A DNA stretch of 64,000 nucleotides from Fimbriosthenelais zetlandica (Eukaryota), in NCBI GenBank assembly GCA_977030845.1, contig OZ365115.1, positions 31,434,001-31,498,000 on the forward strand, in the 5' to 3' direction. Positions 23,411-34,700 of this stretch are shown here, one piece after another. Both the position numbers and the translations under genes were made by a program. How positions within the stretch are numbered: the first letter of the stretch is position 1; each line of letters opens with the position of its first letter. Under the pieces are notes generated by a model, which saw only the letters and a list, made by a program, of their open reading frames with translations, did no database searches and was not told where the DNA came from.

Positions 23411-25724
23411 CTGCAATGAAAAAGAATATATCCATTAATATTATGGGATATATTGCATTGTTGACAGACGGTTGATTATCCACACATCGATGTCCAAAAC
23501 AATCTAAAAACTGCTCGAGTTATGACATGTATGACGCAAATAAGAAATGCCATACAAGCAATCCCCAGTATACGCAAAATTCGAAGAAACAAAAGTATAT
23601 ATTCAAGCCAAGCAATAAGGATAATTGAACAGTGTGTAACAATGCAAAGCCAATATTCCCTGACAACAAAAACACTGTGAACTTTGATAGGCGAGCAGTT
23701 GTTCCCTGATTGAAATGTCATCATTTATTACACAGAAAAGTGCACAATTGAATCTGACACTCGACTTATTCAGGCCCGAGGCAGTATGACTGTGGTGGTT
23801 GTCTCTGGTGGTTCTCGGGAGGTGGCAGAGCACTAAAGCAGATAATATCCAACTGAATTATAGGCTCACTATGCCCCATCTGTGAATGCAATCATCCAGA
23901 TGAAGCAAGTCGGCTGCGGTCCCTTTTTTTAAAATTCATGGATATATAATTGGTTTGATATTTCTTTAAAGCAAAACGGAGTGGAATGTAAAGAAAGAAT
24001 AATATTCAATCCTGGCATTTCCAATTCTTAAGTTCTAGCAATACTCGGATTTCAGGAGGTTTTCTTATAGTTCTGTTTTGTTTTTCGTCGTTTTTTCAAG
24101 AACTTCTTCAACAACTTTCTTCAATCTTTCTGCAGTTCTCAATGGCTGATGCATGCTTTCAGGATTCTGGGCTTGAGCGTTTGGAAGGTTTGGGTCAAAG
24201 CCCTGGACAAAAACTGTATTTACCATTAGGGTGTGTGTCATGGAGGTCAAGCAATTAAAACCCAGAACAAGCAAAAATAATAGCAGGCATCTCTGGTCAC
24301 TGTTTAATATTGCCCGACTCCGGTTTCCAATAAGCGACATGGCATGGACGGTGTCGATATTGAGGAGAATTTGTGTATAGTATTGCAGGCGAAAAACATC
24401 GCCAGCATTATTCATGCCTTGCAAATGCCTCCTGTATTTGGTGGCAAATTCGAGAAAAAACCTAATGATTCTTGTAGGACAGTTATTAACCATTTGGGAA
24501 GTGTAAGAACAGAAAGTATAATACATCCAGCCCAAAAATCTGCCATGGTTTTTAATTGGAACGAATGTTGTATCAGAAGATACGCCAGATAAATCCCAGA
24601 TATTCTTTCAGAGATACATGTCGACTCAGGCAGTGAAGGCCCCATTATAACATCAATTAGAGATCCTGCCTTTACTCACAATGTCCCTGATTACCTAAAC
24701 ATGGGGAATATTTGCGTCAATTAGTGGGGAAACCTAAAGACGGGCTACCCTGGGAGAAAGTGCATTATTTTTAAACCACTCTCAGCAGCCAAGTTTTGCC
24801 TTCTTCCTGCATGATCCAGAAGCAACTTCCGGACCAACTTCCGACCAGGCTGTTTATTGTCCAAACCAACCATCCGAGGAAAAAGCAGGTCTTTTTCCAT
24901 CTTTATCCACTGTAATAAATGGAAAGGCAACTGAATTTAACACTCCATATCTCGCCGAGTTGATTCAGATCCTGGATAATAAGCTAAAGCAGTTTGGAAC
25001 CCGGCGAAAAGAAACTCCATGCATGCCCCATGCCGGCGTATCGCAACAATAACTTGAGTGTCTTTCATAATCAGCTTTTAGCACTCATTTGTTCCAGCTT
25101 TCTTTTCTTTCGACTGCTGCCAGAGGAATACTTAAAAGTGTGACAGGCATAAAACTGTTGGGCCAGAATGATTTCACCTAAAAAGTCTGGCACTACAATG
25201 CAAGGCATGAATTGAAGGACATTTTTTCGGATAAAGGTGTCTGCAGTTCTGGCTCTGGTCACATATTTTCCACCCAGCAAGCATCCAGACGATGGTTCTT
25301 TTAAAGAATACAGAATAATTTTAAAAGGCTTAGAAAACGATTTTCATTCTCATTGCATTCTTTCACCGATAGTGTTCCAATTAATTCAACAAAAGGCCAC
25401 AATAAGATCTAATTGCCCATAAAGCTTCGATTTTTCTGAAATTATCAGAATATTCAACCAGTCTACCAGTACCCAAGAAAGCAAGTGAAATATTTCAAAC
25501 ATTTGGAGCACAGTGAATTTCACACTGAAATCCCTCCTTTACATGGTAATCATGTTTCATCCCTGTCATAATGTGACATGCTCGTGTCAAGTCAACAGCG
25601 TAAAAGCGACATGCAAAACCAACAGCACATCTCATGGCCTCAGACCTGCCATCTGGGCGGGCGGCAGCTGGTGAAGCATGAAATAAGGTCATTAATTGGG
25701 GAGAGGCTTTCACGGGCGAATCTT

Positions 25725-25839
25725 TGTCAGAAGTCAGCAAGTGACAGATGAGACAATCTTTGTTGTTAGGACGGCTGACAGACCTTCCAGGCTGCCAGCT
25801 GTCAACTACTACATGCTGTTGATAGCCACATAATTGTCA
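25725..25839. promoter_or_regulatory. Homotypic TGACA (TALE: MEIS/PREP/TGIF-type) site cluster
   Basis: TGTCA 25725, TGACAG 25742, TGACAG 25776, CTGTCA 25799, TGTCA 25835: five sites in 115 bp. Confidence 0.4.
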
Positions 25840-26237
25840 GCACAAGGTCTTAACTTTTTTCAATCTCGAGGACCGAGATATTAACTTGACCTTTTAAAAG
25901 GATCACAACATTACTAACACAAAATAAAGACTCCATTATTGCCTTGTCAAATCAATTTATCGGTATTTCTTACTAGGAGTCAGAAGTCAAAATAACACAT
26001 TTGATCCAATAGGGACAATCAAATGAGAAAAAAAACTCCGAGAAAACTTTCAGAGAAATTCAAGCAGCACTTTTAACAACAATCCTTCGGGGGCTTTTGA
26101 GAAAGAAGTAGCACAGAGGAGAAATGAATATCATCCCAGAGAAAGGGAGCTGGAGCATGGGACCTCATTATATTGCTGCAGGGCAAAATGCATCATATCA
26201 CAGTCAATACCTATACCACAGAGACCCCAGTTAGCAG

Positions 26238-26828
26238 CCAATGAGGGACTCCCTCCCATATCACATGACCCCCGCCAACCAATGGAAAGAAAGCCAGAGG
26301 CGTAGCGACAAGGGTCAGACTATTTTATTGGCCATTTTCAAAGTAGGAAGAACTGTGGGTGCTCATTAGAAGTGTGCTCAACTGGAGCTGGAGGAGAGGG
26401 CGAGGAGAGCAGCAGAGACGTCTCTCTCATCACTCGCCAGGGCTAAATTACTCCCCCACCGCCTCATTACTGTGGACACCACTAGGGGTCAGTCTGCTCA
26501 CAGACCGGCACAGCGACGGATGTGCAGTGCCCTCTACAAGACTCCTAATTTCGTAGCCAATCGCGTCTCATTCATTGCTCTTGTCTGAAGGCGAAAGTGG
26601 GAGAGGACCCGAGAGCTGGGCCACCAAATGAATGAGGATGGTTCTCCTTGTCACTGCGGTTTGCTCCTTCACGGCGAATCACGTGACGGGGAGAGTTGAG
26701 TTTTGATGACATGAAGGTGTGATCTATGGGGAAGCGATTGGATGAGAGTCGCATGGCCCGTGTTTCTTGTCGCTGTGCTAGACAGCTTTACAATAGGCAC
26801 TAGGACAGTTGATCAGGCAAGGTGAGAC
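26238..26828. promoter_or_regulatory. Promoter-like island: five CCAAT boxes, E-boxes, downstream plus-strand splice donor
   Basis: CCAAT 26238, 26279, 26557; ATTGG 26327, 26737; TCACATGA 26261; GCCATTTT 26331; TCACGTGAC 26679-26687; AAG|GTGAGA donor at 26821/26822; GC/CpG-enriched. Confidence 0.45.
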
Positions 26829-29589
26829 CAAGTCCTGTATGCTAGGTCAGCTTGCCTTAATGGTATAGCGCATGGTGAGATAGGAGACATCATGTCAATA
26901 CAATCAGGGTATTCTACAGCCTTATATGGCTACATCGGCACATCCCATTAAATCTGCACTTCCAAGGTATTCACATTGTTCATTGCAATCACGAAGGGAA
27001 AATATAGTTTTCTTATATTGAGCCAAACGAAGATAATTCAACAAGCAAAGGATGAATTGGTATCTTTTCATCTATTCATTCCTCAGTGGAAAGAAAACAC
27101 ATATAGATCCTATATACCGATTATGCCCATCACTATATCGCCACCTAAAGCCCTCCCATCCCCACACAACCCGTGACATCCCCATGCCCCCTCCCCCACC
27201 CCATCTCCCCTCACACATTCCATTCTCGATTTTTATCTATCACCAGAGGGCAGTCTGTCCTGTCGCAGCGCTCCCTTGTGGCGAGAAATTGATTTTACAT
27301 GGAGAGAGACGAATTATGTATAAAGTCGCTTCTGAAGCGGTTTTAAGGCTGATTTATCTTTTTATGGGCAAGAGAGACTAAGCTAGATTATAGTGAAAGC
27401 TACAAATGCTGGCCTGACAGTGCTACAGTGCCATCTCTTGTGGGACAGAAGCTCAATCGTTCTGCATATGAGGGACATTAACAGGTTTTGAAGACGGGCC
27501 GGCTGCTTTGAATTCAATAGGGGAATAGAGTGGAGATGATATATAAAAGGACTTCATCCTGTTTCTGAATAAAGCAAATAAGACAGCTCGTAAAATGGGC
27601 CAAAAACAGTGGCTTTTACTAAGAAATGTTCTTCCGACCTTTTGGGAATGAAGGTTTTAGTCCAGCAATGACAAAGTCCAAAAGGGACAAGCTCAAATAT
27701 GTTCAATGTGGGGATATGGCAGTTTTCAATGCAAACTGTTTAGATCGCCACAATGCCTTCAAAGCCACATCATCCCTAAGCTTAATATGACATCTGTAAA
27801 CATATATAACTAGTTTCGTTTGATGACATAAAAAGCCCATCCCAGTCAGGCAACCATCAAAGTAGACATTTTACAATCTGACACGAGCGCACAATTAAAG
27901 CTTAACTCCTGTTCCTCACATCAATATGATTAAAAGGATTTCACATACAATAGATTTCAATGAAAAACTTTCCGCGGCATTAACACAAGTCACACATCCC
28001 AAGTCAAAATATTGCTAAACAAATATACCCATATTAGTCACTGTTAGAGAAAGCTTAAAATGCGAGAGAAACATTAAGTTTCCACAAGGTGCATAATAAA
28101 ACAAGGAGGGGAAATGGATGGAGGGAGGGAGATTATTGATGAACTAGTGTGGAAAAACACAATAGTTCTCTCAATAGCCGACTCACCAGCTCGCTGTCTG
28201 CTATCCACTGTCTGCCAACAGAAATGAGATTAATTTGAGGTGGCAAACAAAGTCAGTTATTATGGAGAACAAAACCAAACCGGACTCAAATGAAAGCATC
28301 AAATATTTGGCATGGAATGAGAACACATGTTTTTTGGCTTACATTTTGAGGTTAGAATGAAAGACAATACCGGGAATATTGTTGTGTAATGAATGTTAGA
28401 ACATTCGTTTTTGAGTGGATTAAAAATTAAATTAGTATTTTACTTGGGTGTCGGAAAAGAGGATGGGGAAGAGCTACAGAACGGAGGCAGGGATAGAGAG
28501 AGAAAGAGAGAGATAGGTAAAGACGAAGAAGAGATGGATTGGGTGTGAATGCAAAATACATGTAGCTTTTAAATGGACTGTTTTCTAGAGCAGTGGATCC
28601 GGCTGCTGGTCCGGATCTCCTATACAACACTAGGCCATTAAGACCAGGCATATAGCCTTGTCACCATCAACACTGCAACATTTCACTTTCTGTATCCATT
28701 CATTTATTTCACTCACTTTTTACTTCAATTTACATATTGAAGTTTAATATAGTTCGCCATGATTTAAGCTCATTTTGAGGTAGAGAATCTGGATTTAAAG
28801 GAGGATTGATTGATGTCAGAGGGGAATGTAATTGATGGCATTGCAAAGATGGCTAAAGTTCAATCACGGTCCTTGACATTTCTATGTTAAACACATGGAT
28901 TATTCACATCTGAATCTGCGGCAATCGTTACCACCTCCACACTTATGTAAAGAAGTGAATGTCACTTTACTGACCAAACGACCTAAACGTAGGAGTTACA
29001 GGCCAATGTAAATTGCATTATATTTGCAATACTAATGGGGAAAATGCTGTAATGCATATTTCTTATACATGTACCCAAGCACATTTACGCATTCCAATCA
29101 AATTGCACATTATGCAATCTAAGCACAATCTCCTATTTCATCAGCTCCGGCACAAAAGCAGCAATTTCGTAGAAAGAGTATCCTCCGGCATTTATTGCAA
29201 CAAAAATATATCTCACAATCAGACAATCTCAATATTAGGCCATTCACTATTATGGTACTGCATATGTGGGCCTATATTAATGCCCCTGCTTTCCCTTTTG
29301 GCAGTTAGAGCTTTCGGGACTAATTCTCAGGTAGCGAAAAGCCAAATGATTGCCTGAGATCACCCGAGTCTATCTCATTGCACGCATTAAGTCATTTTAA
29401 TCAGTCTAAATTCCAGGTGACTGACGCTGATAATAGAAACTTTAATCAGCACTTAATCACCTTTTGGGAGCTGAATATTTCTAATGGAGGGTTCAGGGAG
29501 AATGGAGCTGGGGAGACGGGAATGCAAACTAGCAATCAATGTGAGGTTCATTATTAGGGAAATTATAGTGCCAGAGTACTGAGGCAGAA

Positions 29590-29702
29590 TGAGAGAAGGA
29601 GAGAAGGAGAATGAGGGAATGGGGGAAAAGAGAGAGAGAATGGGGGAAGAGAGGCTAGAGGGAGGAAGAGGCAGGGAGATAGGGGCAGGGAGAGCGGAGA
29701 CA
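29590..29702 (+). repeat. Purine-rich (GA) low-complexity tract
   Basis: About 110 nt almost entirely G/A. Confidence 0.85.
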
Positions 29703-30590
29703 AGGAAGGACATTTGGCATTCCATAACATACTTATTATAACTGAGTTACAAGTATTCTTTAAATGGATGAAGCAAAGTCCAAGTTAGGAACCTGACAGT
29801 ATAATTTCATAGTGACAGAAGTATTGCTCCGAGGATAAACCCTATATTCCCCGATGAGATGGAGACCCAGAGATGAAATCAATTATGACAAAGTTTGGTT
29901 ATCACCCCGACTAATTAATACGGTTGACTAGCCCCGGATGAGTCATATCACTCCAGTATAATTGCTCTTTGATTAGAGCCACTCTGAGCCGATTAGAATA
30001 GATGGGACTTCTGTCCACTGGGATACACCATGCAGACTTTTCCTTTGTCAAAAAGTCTAATTAAACTCGCAGATATCAGAATGATATTGATCAAATCAAG
30101 AGAAGAAAATATATCAGTCAGGAACAGGAGTAAGATATCATTTAGAAGTCTGGGGAACTCAAAGTATCTCAAATATTAATGAGGATGGGCGGTTTAAATT
30201 TAACATAAGCAAAAACAAGAGTTGACGCAATGACAATGCTGAAATAGCAGAACATTCTCGAAAATTCTCAAACATATTATTCTCTAATCAATTAATTATC
30301 TTAACCATAATTATTCTAAAGTATAAAATAGCAGTTATAATTGTTAATGTCCCAATATAGGATTTTAGAAAGCCTATAGATGAATATCGACATGAGAAAT
30401 AAGGAGAATAAGAGACGGTTTATAACACTTTGTTCGATACATAGAAATGCAGAAATGGTGGCATTCATGATTCAATGGTTTGGAAGAAGTAAAGCCAGGG
30501 AGGGCCATTCAGCGCCAGGAATGTAGGGAGTTATCAAATCTTTTTGAAGTGTGTTTTACCTGTCATTTCACACGTACAGCACCGACTCAC

Positions 30591-30651
30591 CTACAGCAAA
30601 ACATAGATAAATACATTATAAGTGATGGCTTATATGTCTCATGTCAGGAAG
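30591..30651 (-). other. Candidate non-coding exon (61 nt) whose 3' end is also an AG|GT junction
   Basis: Branch-like CTTAAC (30685-30680), tract TTTCTTCTCTGTTGCTTCTTCTTGTCAG (AG 30653-30652), donor TAG|GTGAGT. Stops in all three frames. Confidence 0.45.
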
Positions 30652-31608
30652 CTGACAAGAAGAAGCAACAGAGAAGAAAGTTAAGAAATGGAGCCAAGAA
30701 TTCAGCAAAGCACCATAATGTCCCCTTTCAGTGCAATAGTCCCCAGTTAATACATCGTTAAACTTTGTCTCCACCGGGTCGGTTTCTAGACTTAGTCATT
30801 TTTAATGACTGAAGAAAAAGTTCAGGGATTTTAGTCTTTAGATTCTTGAAATATTTCATTTAGATTTTCTTCTAGTGGTTGCATATAGAACGGAGGTCGC
30901 TGCCTTCTTGCAGCAATGGAGCAACAGACTCACAACAACTGCAATGTTTGTATAGGCTGTCCGACGATGGTTGCAAACTGGAACCATGAGTACGTCAACT
31001 ATCACAAGAAAATTGCAATGAAAATAATCGCAAAGTAAAAGTCCTTATGGCAGTTCCCTGTCAGCAGCATAGCCTACTGGTTTTTCAGTGGATGTACTCA
31101 ATGCTTGGAGCAGTTTTTTTACCTCCACTTTTTCATGAGAGGCACAGAAAAACGGAGCTATATTTTTCTCAGTACATGCACGTACAAGCATTATCCCGTA
31201 CTTCTTGGAAGATGAAGAAGATTAATAAGTAATAGTAATAGTGAAGGGGAAATGTGTGGCTCTCTCATATATCACTCTCCTACATGATACCATCATCTTC
31301 CCCCGAGCTTATCAAGAGATAATCCAGCAGATTAAGTCAGCAGGAGGAAATTAACATGAAGTCCTGTAATCCTTCACGTTCAAGGTGCTCCAAGATTTAA
31401 TGTTCACTCCGCAGGCAGTTTTCAATCACCTATATGACTATTCACTCTCAGTGAATAAATAAGGGATCAGAACTTTTTTCCTATCAATGGATCTAGTTCT
31501 TTGGCTTTGCAACGAGATTAAGGCTTAAGATTTCTTATCAAGATTCTGTCTAATAAGGACTTAATTATGGTCGTCCCAAAAAACCTTTCCGTGGGAGGTT
31601 CCAGTATT

Positions 31609-31736
31609 NNNNNNNNNNNNNNNNNNNNNNNNNNNNNNNNNNNNNNNNNNNNNNNNNNNNNNNNNNNNNNNNNNNNNNNNNNNNNNNNNNNNNNNNNNNN
31701 NNNNNNNNNNNNNNNNNNNNNNNNNNNNNNNNNNNN
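31609..31736. other. Assembly gap (128 N)
   Basis: Run of N; the right flank is GA-rich, consistent with an unresolved simple repeat. Confidence 1.
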
Positions 31737-34700
31737 GGAGGAAAGGAGAGAGACAGAGAGGTATTGGAAGTTTCAGGAAGGGATAGGGAGGAGAGAGTGC
31801 AACGAAACGCAAACTCAGCAGTAAAATTGAACCTTAAGTGAACGGAGCAACATGAGACCCATGGCGACCCTCATTGCATATTCTCTCTTGTCCCCCTTCC
31901 CTCTCCTTCACCCTTTATAAGGTGCATACTTTATTTATAAATTATCTTTTCCCTGTCCCACATTGATCATTTATGGGATACAAACAATGATCGATCCTTG
32001 CCAGCTACCAGATCCCTCATATTCCAGCATTTAACGAGCCAGTCTCCATTAAAACCATATTGATCTTGATCCGTCCACAAAGGCTTAACACCAAGGTGCC
32101 AGCCACCTTCACCCCGAACCAAACACTCCTCCTGCCAATAGATCTGCCCCGTCCGCCCAGAGCCAAATCCATGAATAGAGTTGTCTCTTTCTTCACAAGT
32201 ACCCCGCCTAACTGTACCCATTCCTCTCTATCTTTTCCTCACCTCAGCCCCCAGCTCCAGCCCTCCCTCCCTACAGCTTTTAATTGAATAACACTATCAG
32301 GCTGATGCTAACTGCTCCGTCTTCCATCTTAGGGGAAATAACTTGGTATAATTGATAGCTAGCCATGCACAGGGTCGCTTGCTTGGGCCTATTGAGAGAG
32401 CCTGATCAAAAGAACCCTAACTCTTTTTCAGCGGAACTAAGTGCAAGAGCTGGCCATTGAATTGATTTCGTACACAGTGGGAATATACACAAAAGGCTGG
32501 CAAACTGACTTAAGCATTATAAAGAAATAGATTCTTCCAAAGTGTAAAATTCTGATGAATTCTTCAATGCTTGGAGGCTTGTTTTTATACCAATTTGACA
32601 TGAAGTGTTAGGGAATTGGAGACTGATAATAAGTCATGACACCACTCCATCAAAGACAAACATGAAGTCGAGGAGGGATGGCAGGAGAGAACATCAAATC
32701 ATCCTCATCAAACAAGTCAGATATTGAGAGCTCCTCATGCAGATTGTACAGGAGGACAAATCCTCAGAATGGATAGATTCCCAGGCAAAAATATCAATCT
32801 TATACTGGAACGTGGAATAGCCTGACACATTCCCAAGTCCCGCTACCTAATCCTGTCCCATCGATAAGAGAGATAACACGATAGGAAAGTTCTCTGCACC
32901 ACAATCACTCTCATCTCTAACATTCAACCACAGCTCCAGATTCGTGGAATGGATTACAGGGCTAGACTATATTGCGAAGGACACATAGCTTAACATACTT
33001 CAAATACGTTTGAAATTTAGTTCTGTATTGACTGTTATGGGACATTAGATAGTTTTCGATCGTATGAAGTTTTTAGAGAATCATGGGATTGGAATGGATT
33101 TTTAAGTGATAATCTTGCATTATTTAATTAGCAACAAATCTCTTGTCCTATAGGACATATATGTCTTACAGTAGGAGAACCTGACATGATCCAGAGCTGA
33201 AAGTATGTGCGGGGACGGGTGCGAATAGAGAGAAAATGAATGAATGGGAGAGACAGAGGCAGGGGGATAACTCACATGGTGATTTCTCTTGGAAATAAAA
33301 ACTAGAATCTTGAATCACTTTTTTTCCTCATCTGAAAGAACCCAGGGGTTGTACAGGCTGATTTCAATGCCTGTGAACAGTAAAGATCAGGAGATTTAGG
33401 AGTAGTTAGGGATGTAAGGCAGGTGGAGGAAGGGGAGGTAATTCACAATGATGGGTGGTCGTAGCCTTCTACAGGCCATTAAATCTATCACAGTCAAATA
33501 TAGAGGGAAATACCAGTCAGCCAGGTCACTGCCATGAGGTAAGCCATACTTATAATTAATGACTCAATACCTCATTACATACGACCGCTTCACAATCAGG
33601 AGAATACTTCCAATAATTAATATGAACCTTGCGAAATGCATTAGTTGCATAAATGAACCATTCATTGGTGATTTATGATCTTGTTATAGATTGTAATAAT
33701 GCAATAATGAAGGTGGAAATGAGGAGGAAAGTGCATAATCTTTCACAATAATGAGAAAATTGAACGGATCCCTGATAATATGAAATTGAGTGGAAATAAT
33801 CTTGCAAAGTTTGGTCATTGACAAAGTCACGTCGTCGAGTTAATGTGAAATGATCGAGTGTGGACAAGTGCTGAAACAAACTTCGGTATAAAATCATCAA
33901 CGTTTCCAAACACTTATACCCCCAGTCAAATGGCTACCTCTCTCTCCTCCATCGAGGCCCATTGTTCATCATACATTAGTTGAAACAACAATATCGTCTG
34001 ACAAGCCACTGTCTATAGGCAAACACTGATTCCATCTTGGTGTATAGGGGGAACACCATTCTCTGCCTGTCTATACAGGGGTGGCTAGTCATGGAGGGGG
34101 CAGTGGGGATTGCGTTAACTTAACACTACCTTCCCTCCATCCATCATCATTCCTCACCTCCTAACCACAACAACTCCTATAGTCTATACCAGCTCCAGCT
34201 CAGAGCAGCTCCTACTATAGGTTACCAACACTAAACCAATGTGCATAAATACTGACAATATGAGGGAACAGAGTATAGGTCCCCATGCTCACTACACATA
34301 CATATTCGATACACTTTTAACCCTATATGATCTATGGATAATAAAGTCATTTGAACAGAGGAAAAGTGTTTGATATATTGGTGACCGAGGGAATAAAAGA
34401 AGCGGTGGCGGAATGATAGATTCGGTTAATAATACATGTAACTATGGGTCTGAAAGTAACTTCACCGAAGGACCAACTCCCTGAAGGATGACAAAATAGG
34501 GAAGCAATGGAAAGGGACTGTATCCGTAACTCTGTAACTTTTTAAATGTTTGCACCATCAAATCTATCTGCACCGGGAACAGGTACATTATTTTTGTCCA
34601 AAATATGGATATTTTATATGGAAAGGTCCTTGATGCAACTGGCAATATGAATCATTGAAAGAGTAGGCCGAGTGCGGAATAATAAAAGAGAAAAAATCAG

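Noticed and set aside
23560-23850. PRQYDCG resembling a Ulp1 protease catalytic motif
   Set aside because: Multiple stops, and the His/Trp motif is not recognisable.
24065-24535. Longest ORF (156 aa, minus)
   Set aside because: No motif I can identify. One ORF of this length is plausible by chance over six frames of 64 kb. A BLASTP/HHpred hit would reverse this.
24738-25049. 104-codon stop-free plus frame not in the ORF track (...NTPYLAELIQILDNKLKQFGTRRKETP...)
   Set aside because: No early start codon, no convincing donor, and a length within chance expectation.
33276-33331. Minus-strand exon-like segment (TTTCAG ... CAT|GTGAGT)
   Set aside because: Short pyrimidine tract and weak exonic donor bases; pseudo-exon level.
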